64,000 bases of DNA, taken from NCBI GenBank assembly GCA_965248435.1, contig OZ252100.1:224001-288000 (forward strand), given 5' to 3'. Within the stretch, counting starts at the first letter, position 1, and every line of letters starts with the position of its first letter. The notes under the pieces were generated by a model, which saw only the letters and a program-made list of their open reading frames with translations, had not been told where the DNA came from and made no database searches. The DNA is from Candidatus Latescibacterota bacterium. GTDB taxonomy: Bacteria > Latescibacterota > UBA2968 > GCA-2709665. Positions 7,900 through 17,717 of this stretch are shown here, in pieces. Position numbers and translations under genes: made by a program.

Positions 7900-9090
7900 A
7901 TGCCAATCCGTATCAACAACAACATTCCTGCGATTAACTCGCAGCGAATCCTGAATATCACAAACCGGGATGTCAAACTCCGCGTGGAGCGACTCTCCTC
8001 CGGTTTGAGGGTCAACCGAGCGGCAGATGACGCAGCCGGTTTAAGCGTATCAGAAGGACTGCGTGGAGAAATCAGTGGATTTGCTCAGGGCATCAGAAAC
8101 TCTGAACAGGCCATTGACCTGGTGCAGACTGCCGAGGGCGCTCTCAGCGAGATGAGCGCCATCATACTCAGGATGCGTGAACTAGCGGTGCAATCTGCCT
8201 CGTCTACAGTGAATGACCAGAATCGGGAAGCGATCAACGCGGAATTTGCCCAGCTGGTAACCGAAATCGACCGGATCGCTCAGGTGACGAGCTACAACAA
8301 TACCGCTTTGCTGGCTGGGTTCGGAAATACGGTCGATGAAGCTACTTCTTCGGCGGTCACATCCAGTGCAACGACAGGCGTGGCCGATATTCAGATCAGT
8401 GGTGCGGGGGTTGGGAATTACACGTTCATAGATTCTTCTACGGGCGACAACGAAATCACATTGGGTAACGGGGTTGCATCTCAAACAATCGATGTCGGAC
8501 GAGCCCTGGACAACGATGGAGTTAGCGGCGTGGTGGCATCGGGCAGCGCAATCATCGCCAACTTCGACCGCCTCGGAATCCAGTTGACGTTAAGTGGGCA
8601 GCGCGCTGCTCAGGGTGTGACCCCGGCAACCGACGGATATCGCGATGGAGACCTGGATTCGGAAACCCTGGTTGTCAGCCAGGGCGCAGGCGGCGCCTTC
8701 CAGGTAGGGCCCGACGATACAGCGGTGCACCGGTTGCAGCTCAGCATATCAAGTATGCGTACATCTGACACGACTCTGAACCTGAGTGGATTATCGATAT
8801 CGTCACGCGCCTCTGCTCAAGGCGCCATCGGCTCGATCGATAACTCCATCAACCAGCTCAGCCGCACACGGGGTGACCTTGGGGCTATTCAGAATCGCCT
8901 CTCGACAAACATCAAGGCCAACGGGGTGATGCTGGAAAACGACCAGACTTCAGAATCGACGATTCGAGATGCAGACATTGCAGAGGAGGTTACTTCGTTC
9001 GCGCGAGGCCAGATTCTCATCCAGTCGGGTCTTGCAGCCTTCGCGCAGGCCAATATCACAGCCGCAACGGGTTTATCACTGCTCTCATAA
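7900..9090 (+). CDS. fliC: Flagellin (paralog 2)
   Basis: ERLSSGLRVNRAADDAAGL, QTAEGAL, RGDLGAIQNRL, IRDADIAEE; central region clearly homologous to paralog 1. Confidence 0.96.
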   Translation: MPIRINNNIPAINSQRILNITNRDVKLRVERLSSGLRVNRAADDAAGLSVSEGLRGEISGFAQGIRNSEQAIDLVQTAEGALSEMSAIILRMRELAVQSASSTVNDQNREAINAEFAQLVTEIDRIAQVTSYNNTALLAGFGNTVDEATSSAVTSSATTGVADIQISGAGVGNYTFIDSSTGDNEITLGNGVASQTIDVGRALDNDGVSGVVASGSAIIANFDRLGIQLTLSGQRAAQGVTPATDGYRDGDLDSETLVVSQGAGGAFQVGPDDTAVHRLQLSISSMRTSDTTLNLSGLSISSRASAQGAIGSIDNSINQLSRTRGDLGAIQNRLSTNIKANGVMLENDQTSESTIRDADIAEEVTSFARGQILIQSGLAAFAQANITAATGLSLLS

Positions 9091-9169
9091 GCGCGTTTTC
9101 GATTGTCGGTAGAGATGGTTGGAATCAGGGATGAAACGACCGCCATCTTTTGATTGCCGCCCGAGCCCC

Positions 9170-9190
9170 AAGGAAGGGGCTTTTTTATTG
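9170..9190 (+). terminator. Probable terminator after flagellin 2 (coordinates approximate)
   Basis: AGCCCC-aaggaa-GGGGCT-TTTTT around 9163-9187. Confidence 0.5.
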
Positions 9191-9265
9191 CCACTTGACA
9201 CACCTCGGACATGCTGCATATTCTTAGCAGGAGATGAGGGTCTTCAAATTCCGTGGAGGGCGGAC

Positions 9266-9490
9266 ATGGTCCAGCAAATACGTGTGAAGTTCGGAACAAC
9301 GGTAGAGGAGTTGAAGAAACAGATTCTGAATCTGTCCGAGCAGTGTGGTTGGGATAAATCGCGGGTCCGCTTCGTTATCGACATGGACTCGTGTACTGTA
9401 AAAGAAACCGCCTATGCCGTCTCAGACAGTTCTTCAGAGCTTCCTCTCCATCCGGGCGGGCCGGACGCTGTTCAAAGCCTGGCGTCCTGA
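9266..9490 (+). CDS. Small hypothetical protein
   Basis: GGAGG RBS then MVQQIRVKFGTTVEELKKQILNL...; TTGACA..CATATT promoter-like motif upstream. Confidence 0.55.
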   Translation: MVQQIRVKFGTTVEELKKQILNLSEQCGWDKSRVRFVIDMDSCTVKETAYAVSDSSSELPLHPGGPDAVQSLAS

Positions 9491-9500
9491 ATCATTTTGC

Positions 9501-9527
9501 TAAACCGCCCTATCATTCTGCCGATAA
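9501..9527 (+). promoter_or_regulatory. Consensus sigma28 promoter with no downstream + strand CDS
   Basis: TAAA-ccgccctatcattct(15)-GCCGATAA, exact match to the FliA consensus. Confidence 0.7.
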
Positions 9528-9529
9528 AA

Positions 9530-9603
9530 TAACTGGCAAGTGTGTGTCGGTGTTTCTATTTCCCCGAGCGTCGATCTCCCAAGGATCGGCGCTTTATTTT
9601 TTC
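9530..9603 (+). ncRNA. Candidate sigma28-dependent sRNA complementary to both flagellin leaders
   Basis: Promoter 9501-9527; terminator AGCGTCGATC/GATCGGCGCT-TTATTTTTT (9567-9602); 11-nt perfect complement to 7882-7892. Confidence 0.55.
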
Positions 9604-9614
9604 TCTCTGTCCGC

Positions 9615-10763
9615 CTACCAATTCGTGAAGGATCCGTCCTCCCGAAACCAGTGCGGGCCCTCCCAGAACTCGAAGGACTCCTTTGCCATATCCTCATTGA
9701 ACTCCACGCCGAGTCCGGGGCCTTCCGGCAAGGGATAAGAACTGCCTTTCAGCCGATGCTGCACCGGGAAGAAGTCATCACCGAACGTAAATTCGTGCTT
9801 CCGGTCTTCAAGCCAGGCGAAGTTGGCGACTGCTGCGCCAAAGTGGATGTGTGCTGCTGTGCTGATCGGTCCAAGGGGATTGTGCGGCATCATATCAATG
9901 TAATGGGCCTCGCTCCAGCCGGCGACCTTCATTCCCTCTGTAAATCCCCCGACGTTGCAGATGTCGATTCTCGCGAAATTGGTCAGCCCCTTCTCGATGT
10001 AGGGCAAGAAGGCCCATTTGCTCGAAAACTCCTCCCCTATCGCCATGGGCGTCCGGGTCATTTGACGCAACGTCGCATAGGCATCCGGAGTTTCGCAACG
10101 AATCGGTTCTTCCAGAAAGTCGAGTGTCCCCTCTGGCATCCGCTGACAGAATGAGGCGGCCTCGGCGACACTCAATCGGTGGTGATAGTCGATTCCGAGC
10201 ACAGGAGCCAACCCCACTTCCTCCCGGACGGCAGCCATCCATTCCGCGGATAGAGCGATGGACTCGCGGGGCTCGAAGCGGTTTTCGTTGTCCTGCGCTC
10301 CGGGGTGCGCAGGCATGAAGCGAATCACGCTCCAGCCTTCCTTGATCAGATCCACTGCCTCTTTGATCACTTCGGGGCCTTCAAGGGGTTTATCGGAGGT
10401 TACAAAGCATGGCACGGCGTGGCGCTGGGCACCGCCAAGCAGTTGATAGACTGGCACATCCAGCTTCCTGGCAACCAGGTCGTGCAGGGCGATGTCGATC
10501 GCGGAAATGGCTCCAGTCAGGATCCGGCCCCCTTCGAAATACTGGCCCCGGTAGAGTTCCTGCCAGAGGGCCCCTATGCGCATCGGATCCTTGCCAAGCA
10601 GAAATTCTCTGAAATGTTTGACTGCTCCGGCCACTGCCAGTTCTCTGCCAGACACCCCGGCTTCTCCCCACCCGTAGTAGCCTTCATCCGTTTCCACCTT
10701 CAAAACAAACTGATTTCTCTTACCCACCCATACGGGATATGACTTGATCTCTGTGATCTTCAT
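9615..10763 (-). CDS. Mandelate racemase/acid-sugar (galactonate-like) dehydratase, enolase superfamily
   Basis: VETDEGYYGWGE, SAIDIALHDL, IDYHHR, FLEEP, IGEE, PHNP, PGLGVE. Confidence 0.9.
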   Translation of the reverse strand: MKITEIKSYPVWVGKRNQFVLKVETDEGYYGWGEAGVSGRELAVAGAVKHFREFLLGKDPMRIGALWQELYRGQYFEGGRILTGAISAIDIALHDLVARKLDVPVYQLLGGAQRHAVPCFVTSDKPLEGPEVIKEAVDLIKEGWSVIRFMPAHPGAQDNENRFEPRESIALSAEWMAAVREEVGLAPVLGIDYHHRLSVAEAASFCQRMPEGTLDFLEEPIRCETPDAYATLRQMTRTPMAIGEEFSSKWAFLPYIEKGLTNFARIDICNVGGFTEGMKVAGWSEAHYIDMMPHNPLGPISTAAHIHFGAAVANFAWLEDRKHEFTFGDDFFPVQHRLKGSSYPLPEGPGLGVEFNEDMAKESFEFWEGPHWFREDGSFTNW

Positions 10764-10801
10764 TTCTCCTCCTCGCGTTCGCGTCTTTTAAGTTGACGAG
10801 C

Positions 10802-11944
10802 TCACCAGTTTGTGTATGTGCCATCCCGCCGATGCCAGTGAGTGAGCTCCCAGAACTCGTAGGATTGTTTCTGGGCCTCCTCTTCGTTGAATTCTACACC
10901 GAGCCCGGCCCCCTTGGGCAACGGGAATTCCGTTCCTGCCAGCTCGGGCTGGACGGGAAAGAGTTTACGATCGAATTTGCGAGCGAAGGTCTCGAGCCAG
11001 GCAAAGTTGGGGACAGCGGCGCCAAAGTGGATGCCCGCAGCTGTGCTGATCGGTCCCAGCGGGTTGTGGGGCATCATATTTATGTAGTGGGCTTCGCTCC
11101 ATCCGGCCACCTTCATCGCCTCCGTAAATCCTCCGACGTTGCAGATGTCTACCCTTGCGAAGTTTGTCAAACCTTTCTCGATGTAGGGTAAGAAAGCCCA
11201 TTTGCTCGAAAACTCCTCCCCTATCGCCATTGGAAGCTCGGTCATTTGACGCAAGGCAGCGTAGGCATCTGGGGTCTCACAACGGATCGGCTCTTCAAGA
11301 AAGTCTATCGTCCCGGCGGGGAGTCGCTGACAGAAGGAGGCGGCCTCGGCAACATTCAACCGATGGTGGTAGTCGATTCCAAGCACGACGGACGGCCCGA
11401 TCTCCTCACGAACCGCCACAGCCCACTCCGCAATCAGGGCGATCGATTCCCTGGGCTCGAACAGTCCGCTGCCCTCCACGTAGTCCCGGGGCTCCGTGGT
11501 GTATCGGATGATGTTCCACCCCTCCTGGATGAGACGTTTGGTATCGCTTACTGCTTCTGGACCATTCAGAGGCTTCGACGTGATGAAGCAAGGCACAGAA
11601 TCACGCTGGGCTCCACCCAGAAGTTGGTAAACCGGAACATCCAATTTCTTCGCGACAAGGTCGTGAAGCGCAATATCGATCGCAGAAATGGCCCCAGTCA
11701 GGATTCGGCCGCCCTCGAAGTACTGGCCCCGGTATAACTCCTGACAGAGGGCCCCTATGCGCATCGGATCCTTCCCGATGAGAAATTCTCTGAAGTGCTT
11801 GACGGCGCCCACTACACCCAGCTCACGGCTGCATACACCGGCCTCGCCCCAGCCATAATATCCCTCATCCGTCTCCACTTTCAGGACAAGCTGGTTCTGG
11901 TCGCCAACGCGAACGGGATAGGTCTTCACGTCCGTAATTTTCAT
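10802..11944 (-). CDS. Mandelate racemase/acid-sugar dehydratase, tandem paralog
   Basis: Same motifs as the neighbour, long identical peptide stretches. Confidence 0.9.
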   Translation of the reverse strand: MKITDVKTYPVRVGDQNQLVLKVETDEGYYGWGEAGVCSRELGVVGAVKHFREFLIGKDPMRIGALCQELYRGQYFEGGRILTGAISAIDIALHDLVAKKLDVPVYQLLGGAQRDSVPCFITSKPLNGPEAVSDTKRLIQEGWNIIRYTTEPRDYVEGSGLFEPRESIALIAEWAVAVREEIGPSVVLGIDYHHRLNVAEAASFCQRLPAGTIDFLEEPIRCETPDAYAALRQMTELPMAIGEEFSSKWAFLPYIEKGLTNFARVDICNVGGFTEAMKVAGWSEAHYINMMPHNPLGPISTAAGIHFGAAVPNFAWLETFARKFDRKLFPVQPELAGTEFPLPKGAGLGVEFNEEEAQKQSYEFWELTHWHRRDGTYTNW

Positions 11945-12120
11945 GTCTCCCCCAATTTCTGGCCTTTCGGTTTGTCAGAAGAATAACACGGGGGGGCCGG
12001 GAACAGAAATGGAATCATCTTGCCCTTGGTGCAAGGCTCGTACACTCAAAAATAGAAAAAGAGCCACATCATTCTCGATGTGGCCCGGTCCTGGAGAGAT
12101 GGGATCGTGAATCTCCCCCT

Positions 12121-12558
12121 CTAACTCCCTTTGTCTTGACCTGTCTTGCTGAAAATTCGTGTATCTGCCCCATAACGGCCTGAGCCGCATAGAAAGATAC
12201 AGAGGGCAGCCGACAAATACACAAGCGCCAGTTCCTTTTCACGAAGGGGGTCGTGCAGGTGCTGACCGAATGCTGCGACAGACATCGTGCACAGGATAAA
12301 GAAAGAAGCCGGGCGAGTGGCCAGGCCGAGGATGAGTAAGATGCCGCCGACAAATTCGGAAAGACCGGCGGCCCAGGCGAAGACTTCTGGCAAGGGGAAT
12401 CCCAGATTCGCCACACCCTCGATAAACCCTGGCATGCGGCCTCCTAAAACCTTTCCAAAACCGTGATATGCCATTCCCGATCCGAAGGTAACACGCAGGA
12501 TCAGCAGTCCCCCATCGATCCAGCGCACCTCGGTCAGCCAGTAACTGATTCGCTTCAT
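12121..12558 (-). CDS. DoxX family membrane protein
   Basis: LLILRVTFG..MAYHGFGK, EFVGGILLILGLATRPA, GRYGAD. Confidence 0.9.
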   Translation of the reverse strand: MKRISYWLTEVRWIDGGLLILRVTFGSGMAYHGFGKVLGGRMPGFIEGVANLGFPLPEVFAWAAGLSEFVGGILLILGLATRPASFFILCTMSVAAFGQHLHDPLREKELALVYLSAALCIFLCGSGRYGADTRIFSKTGQDKGS

Positions 12559-12609
12559 CCCGGTCCTCTCGTGTCGTAATCGTGAATCGGCCTACCGAAG
12601 TTCAGTAAG

Positions 12610-13818
12610 TCACTCTGGCCGAACGACAAGAACCCGGTCGTCGTTGGCGGCAGGAACCCCGCGGCCGTCACGGTTGCTCGTCGCCAGGTAGACTTCGCCT
12701 TCGGGGCCCACAAGGACGTCCCGCAGGCGACCGAATTCGTCTTGAAAGTGGATCTCCTCCGCCTGGACAGCCGTTCCGTCATCGGAAAGCCGCAGCTGGA
12801 TCAACGCGGCGAACTTCAAGGTGGTAAAAAGCAGGCTGCCATTCCAGGCCGAAATCAGGTCGGAATCGTAGAAATCCGCCCCGGAAGGCGCGATGGTGGG
12901 TGTCCAGGCTGCTATCGGTTCGGCAACATTGTTCTCCGCGCAAAAGGTTTGTTCATTCAGTCCGGAGACGTCGTTATCGCAAAAGCCGTGGACATCTGGC
13001 CAGCCATAATTCCGACCGATCTCTACTATGTTGACCTCGTCATTGTCACGGGGACCGTGCTCGGTGATATAAGGCATTCGGGTTTCTGGATGGAAGACGA
13101 GACCCTGAGGATTGCGATGACCGTAAGAGAATATGAGCGAACCGAAAGGATTGTCAAATGCAGGGGTCCCATCCAGATTGAGACGGAGCACCTTGCCGGC
13201 CAACGAGGAAAGATTCTGGGCAAGCGCGGCCTCGCTCGCGTCGCCTGTCGTCATGTAGAGCAAACCATCCGGGCCGACGGCGAGCCTGGAACCATCGTGA
13301 TTGGAAGCACCGGGGATGTCCTCGAGAAGGGTCTCGGGGTTGGAAAGACTGACACCATTATAGGTCATCCGGATCAGTCGATTTCGGATTCCGCTCCCGC
13401 TCTGATAGGAATATGCCAGATAAACAAAGGGCTGCGAACCAAATTCGGGATGAAAGGCCATGCCCATCAGACCGCTTTCGCTCAGTTCGAAGGCATCGAC
13501 TTGCCCGACTTGTGTCCTCTCACCATTGGCGGGATCAATCCTGGAAATGGCCCCTTTCCGTTCTGTTACCCAGACCATCTGGTCCGGCCCCCAGGCAAGA
13601 TCCCAGGGGGTATCCAGTCCGGAACTCAGCGTCGATACGCTCAAGGACTGGGGTGTCTGCGGAGGGGCCTCCTCACCTTCGGTCGAGTCGCCTGAATCGC
13701 TCGAGGATCCACCGGGCCCCAATGGATCAGTCGGGACGTTCCCACATCCCGAAGGGAGCCCAAGCAGCAATGAAAGCACCCAGATTATTGATCTGACATT
13801 CGTGATTAGGCTCTTCAT
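12610..13818 (-). CDS. PQQ-dependent sugar (glucose/sorbosone) dehydrogenase, probable lipoprotein
   Basis: PWDLAWGPD, ESGLMGMAFHP, HDGSRL, YGHRNPQG, EHGP..DEVN, GRLRDV..GPEG. Confidence 0.9.
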   Translation of the reverse strand: MKSLITNVRSIIWVLSLLLGLPSGCGNVPTDPLGPGGSSSDSGDSTEGEEAPPQTPQSLSVSTLSSGLDTPWDLAWGPDQMVWVTERKGAISRIDPANGERTQVGQVDAFELSESGLMGMAFHPEFGSQPFVYLAYSYQSGSGIRNRLIRMTYNGVSLSNPETLLEDIPGASNHDGSRLAVGPDGLLYMTTGDASEAALAQNLSSLAGKVLRLNLDGTPAFDNPFGSLIFSYGHRNPQGLVFHPETRMPYITEHGPRDNDEVNIVEIGRNYGWPDVHGFCDNDVSGLNEQTFCAENNVAEPIAAWTPTIAPSGADFYDSDLISAWNGSLLFTTLKFAALIQLRLSDDGTAVQAEEIHFQDEFGRLRDVLVGPEGEVYLATSNRDGRGVPAANDDRVLVVRPE

Positions 13819-13879
13819 GGCTACTTTCAGATACGACTGTCCTGCCCAGAAGTTGCGGAAGAAATCGTAGCCTAGGGAA

Positions 13880-15454
13880 TTAGTTCAGATTCGAAGGGAG
13901 AGATTCTCTAAGAACCCTCTTCAGTACCTGTCCCTTCGTGCCTTTGGGCAGAGTTTCCTGGAAGGCGATTCTACGAGGATATTTGTAGGCAGCCAATCTA
14001 TTCTTACAATGCGCGATCAATTCCTCCGCTGTTGCCATCGTCTCCGAACTCATTACAACAACAGCTACGACCTCTTCCCCACAAGCCGCATCTGAAATCC
14101 CGATGACGGCTGACTCTGTCACCGCAGGATGGGAAATGAGGACGTCCTCGACCTCACGGGGATACACACTATACCCGTTGCGTAAGATTGTATCCTTCTT
14201 TCGATCGATTACGAAGAGGTGGTCCCCGGCGTCCAGGTAGCCGATGTCGCCCGTGTGAAACCATCCTGCACGCATCACCGCGGATGTGGTTTCTGGGTCC
14301 CTGAAATAGCCCTTCATAACTGGATCTCCAAGCACAACGATTTCTCCCGGTGTGCCACGTGGAAGTTCCGTTTCGTGATCGTCGACGATTCGAACTTTCA
14401 CTCCAGATATTGGTTTGCCGACACTGCCAGGCTTTCCTGGCGTCCCTGCCGTGCAAGAGGCGACCACGGGCGAAGTCTCGGAAAGGCCATACCCCACCAA
14501 AATCTCCGCATCGAACTCCTTTCTAAATGCTTCCACCGATCCTTCTGAAATCGGCGCTCCTCCCACGAGACAATACAGAAGCGTCGAGGGGACCTCCTTG
14601 TGGGATCTTGCATAGTCAAGAAGGGAGACGATCATGGAGGGAACAGCGGCAGCAAGGGTGATTCGATCCTCGTGGATTTTCCGAACAGCAAGTTCTGCCG
14701 AGAAACGGGGAAGGAGGGAAACCGCGGCTCCATGAAACAGTGACGCGTTCTGCAGGCAGGTCTGCCCAAAACTGTGAGAAAACGGCAGGGCTGCCAGTAC
14801 GACGTGGCCGGGACCCCAGAATTCCTTCACGCCGCTGCTTTGGATCGTCTCCTCTGAAACCCACCGGGCATTGGAATAGAGGTTGAAATGGGTGATTTCA
14901 GCTCCTTTCGGCTTCCCGGTGGTGCCGGACGTATAGAAGATAACTGCCGTATCGTTTGGCTTTGTGTCCTCCACATCCAAACTCTCTGCGGATGTCTCTA
15001 TGGAAGCGTCGAAATCGAGCGAACCATCGATCGCCCGGGATCGAGAGGATCCTATCGTAAAGAGACGCCGACACGGCTCCGCACGAGCAAACCCTTCAAG
15101 ACCCGCTTCGACCACGCCTTCCCAGAGAACCAGACCTGTGCTGCCGGACCCCGTGAGTATCGACGCAACCTCTTCCCCCGTGAGCAGGGCGTTGAGTGGA
15201 ACAACGATCCCTCCTACCGAGAGGATGCCAAAATAGGCAACCGTAAATTGAGGGATATTCGGCGCCATAATCGCGACTCGGTCGCCGATACCGATGCCGG
15301 TCTTTCTAAGCAGAGTTGCAAATCTCCGACACCTCGATTCCAACTGGCCGTATGAGACGGACTCGCCATCAGAGAGGAGCGCCGGCTCCTGCGAGTATTC
15401 CAGCACAGAGTTGAAAAGGATAGAGGCCAGGTTCAAGACCGACGACCCGCTCAT
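13880..15454 (-). CDS. Long-chain fatty-acid--CoA ligase (AMP-binding)
   Basis: YTSGTTGKPKG, GYGLSET, WFHTGDIG, DRKKD. Confidence 0.92.
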   Translation of the reverse strand: MSGSSVLNLASILFNSVLEYSQEPALLSDGESVSYGQLESRCRRFATLLRKTGIGIGDRVAIMAPNIPQFTVAYFGILSVGGIVVPLNALLTGEEVASILTGSGSTGLVLWEGVVEAGLEGFARAEPCRRLFTIGSSRSRAIDGSLDFDASIETSAESLDVEDTKPNDTAVIFYTSGTTGKPKGAEITHFNLYSNARWVSEETIQSSGVKEFWGPGHVVLAALPFSHSFGQTCLQNASLFHGAAVSLLPRFSAELAVRKIHEDRITLAAAVPSMIVSLLDYARSHKEVPSTLLYCLVGGAPISEGSVEAFRKEFDAEILVGYGLSETSPVVASCTAGTPGKPGSVGKPISGVKVRIVDDHETELPRGTPGEIVVLGDPVMKGYFRDPETTSAVMRAGWFHTGDIGYLDAGDHLFVIDRKKDTILRNGYSVYPREVEDVLISHPAVTESAVIGISDAACGEEVVAVVVMSSETMATAEELIAHCKNRLAAYKYPRRIAFQETLPKGTKGQVLKRVLRESLPSNLN

Positions 15455-15466
15455 CTCTCCTCTCCA

Positions 15467-16210
15467 TCAATCCATCCAGATTCCGCCGTTGACATCCAGG
15501 ACCTCTCCGGTGATATAATCAGATTCGCTTGACGCCAGGAAGAGGGCCGCGTTCGCGACCTCCTCCGGCTCTCCCCTTCGATGCTTAAGGACGATGGATG
15601 CATCGCCAGAAGGCGGATGAGCACGGGTCATTTCCGTCTTGATGATGCCGGGGGAGAGAGCATTTACGCAGATCCCGTGCGGGCCCAGTTCCTTCGCCAA
15701 GGAGAAGGTGTATGCGGACACTGCGGCCTTCGATGCAGCGTAAGGGGGACTTGCGGAGACTCCGCCGGTCTTCGCCGCCATGGAGGAAAGATTGATGATC
15801 TTTCCAGACCCTCTCTCGATCATCTCGTCCATGACGGCCCGGCAGCAAAGAAAGACACCTTTGATGTTCACGGCGAGCATTCGGTCCCACTCCTCTTCTG
15901 GACAGTCCGCCGTGGTATACCGGCTGTGGATCCCGGCATTGTTTATGAGGATGTCGATTCGAGAAAAGGCATTTCGGGTCATCGCCACCATCTCGCGCAC
16001 ACTGTCCCCGCTGGAGACATCCACGCTCATTCCAATGGAACGCCCGCCTTCACTCTGGATGGCATCGGCAACCGACAGGGCCCCCTCTGAATTCAGGTCT
16101 GCCACGCCCACGGAGGCGCCCTCACTTGCAAATCGTTCTGCAATGGCCCTTCCGATTCCCTGGGCAGCTCCGGTGACCAGCGCAACCTTGTCCTTAAGCC
16201 GGTCCATCAC
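15467..16210 (-). CDS. SDR family oxidoreductase (FabG-like)
   Basis: TGAAQGIG, NNAG, YAASK, ITGEVLDVNGG. Confidence 0.92.
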   Translation of the reverse strand: MMDRLKDKVALVTGAAQGIGRAIAERFASEGASVGVADLNSEGALSVADAIQSEGGRSIGMSVDVSSGDSVREMVAMTRNAFSRIDILINNAGIHSRYTTADCPEEEWDRMLAVNIKGVFLCCRAVMDEMIERGSGKIINLSSMAAKTGGVSASPPYAASKAAVSAYTFSLAKELGPHGICVNALSPGIIKTEMTRAHPPSGDASIVLKHRRGEPEEVANAALFLASSESDYITGEVLDVNGGIWMD

Positions 16211-16248
16211 TCACCTGATCTATTAATGCCCGACGATGACCACATTTC

Positions 16249-16989
16249 TCAGTCCATCCAGATTCCACCGTTGATATCAAGAACTTCTCCGGTGATGTAA
16301 TCCGATTCGCTTGAAGCCAGGAAGAGGACCGCGTTCGCGACCTCTTCAGGCTCCCCCTTCCTCTTGTTCAGTACGACCGATTCCAGTACGGAGGGGGGAT
16401 GATTTCGGGTCATCTCGGTGTTGATGATGCCCGGGCATACTGCATTTACGCAGATTCCGTGCGGGCCCAGTTCCTTGGCCAGGGAGAAGGTATAGGCCGA
16501 AACAGCCGCCTTGGAGGCGACATATGCGGGGCTGGCGGCGAGCCCACCCGTCTTTGCGGCCAGGGAGGAAAAGTTGATGATCTTGCCCGATCCGCGTTCG
16601 ATCATTCCAGCCATAACGGCTCGACAGCAGAGGAAGACACCCTTCAAGTTTATCGCAAGCACACGGTCCCACTCTTCCTCCGGACAGTTGGCAGTTGTAT
16701 ATTGCTTGAACACGCCGGCGCTGTTGACGAGAATATCGACCCTAGAAAAGCGCTCTATTGTGTGAGCCACCATTTCGCGTACGCTATCGCCTCTCGTTAC
16801 ATCCACTCCAAAGCCAAGGGCTTCGGCACCTGTATGCTGAATGTCCTTGGCAACCGTATGGGCACCTTCATAGTTGATATCGGCTACAGCGACCGCCGCG
16901 CCTTCGCGAGCAAAGCGTTCGGAGATGGCCTTTCCAAGCCCCTGGGCCCCGCCTGTAATCAGTGCGACCTGTTCTTCCAATCTGCCCAT
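16249..16989 (-). CDS. SDR family oxidoreductase, tandem paralog
   Basis: TGGAQGLG, YVASK, ITGEVLDINGG. Confidence 0.92.
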   Translation of the reverse strand: MGRLEEQVALITGGAQGLGKAISERFAREGAAVAVADINYEGAHTVAKDIQHTGAEALGFGVDVTRGDSVREMVAHTIERFSRVDILVNSAGVFKQYTTANCPEEEWDRVLAINLKGVFLCCRAVMAGMIERGSGKIINFSSLAAKTGGLAASPAYVASKAAVSAYTFSLAKELGPHGICVNAVCPGIINTEMTRNHPPSVLESVVLNKRKGEPEEVANAVLFLASSESDYITGEVLDINGGIWMD

Positions 16990-17262
16990 ATCGTTGACCT
17001 CTTGTACGATTTAATGGTGACTTGAAAAAGCGCGCGTAAACTAAGCGAGCCGGAATCAAAAGTCAAGCAGCTCTCCGATCCAGGTACAATTATATACTAA
17101 TCAATGACTTATACAACATACGCAGAAGTGAAAAAACGAACGGTCCTTGACCGCGGGACTTTGAAAATGTGCGTATCCTCTAGTAAATTTTTATCTTGCG
17201 CCTTATTGTCACCTGACTCTATATTATCGCCGTTCGTTTAGGCAGGAAAAGGGAGGGTTCGG

Positions 17263-17634
17263 ATGACTACGACGAAAAAGGATTTGGCTTTAAAGATATC
17301 CGAAAGGCTCGGTGTCAAGAAGCAACTGGCCTATGAAGTGGTAGACACGCTCTTTAAGGGAATGCGAGAACGTCTCATCTCTGGAGACAGAATCGAGATT
17401 CGAGGTTTCGGTGTCCTCGGTGTCAAAGATACTAAACCGAAACCTGCGGCGCGCAACCCAAGAACGGGCGAAATTGTCTACGTGCCTGCGAGGAAGAAAA
17501 GCTATTTCAAGGCAGGCGTACTCATCAAGAAGGCACTTCACGAACCTCTAGAAAACAGAGAGGAAGTGCAGAAACCTCTGGAGCCGGCGCGGGAAGGCTC
17601 CGGTGAGGTCGGAGGGAGTCCGGGCCAAACTTAG
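17263..17634 (+). CDS. Integration host factor beta/HU-family DNA-binding protein
   Basis: TKKDLA, GDRIEIRGFG, ARNPRTGE. Confidence 0.9.
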   Translation: MTTTKKDLALKISERLGVKKQLAYEVVDTLFKGMRERLISGDRIEIRGFGVLGVKDTKPKPAARNPRTGEIVYVPARKKSYFKAGVLIKKALHEPLENREEVQKPLEPAREGSGEVGGSPGQT

Positions 17635-17717
17635 TCTGATATATACCTTGAAACGCTTAGGGGGGCGCGGTCGATGCACCGCGCCCCCCTTCTATTATAG
17701 TCCTAAGATTAGAAAAA

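Noticed and set aside
12742-13695. Long antisense ORFs (also 4528-5331 and 28013-29107)
   Set aside because: Shadow frames opposite well-supported genes in GC-rich DNA.
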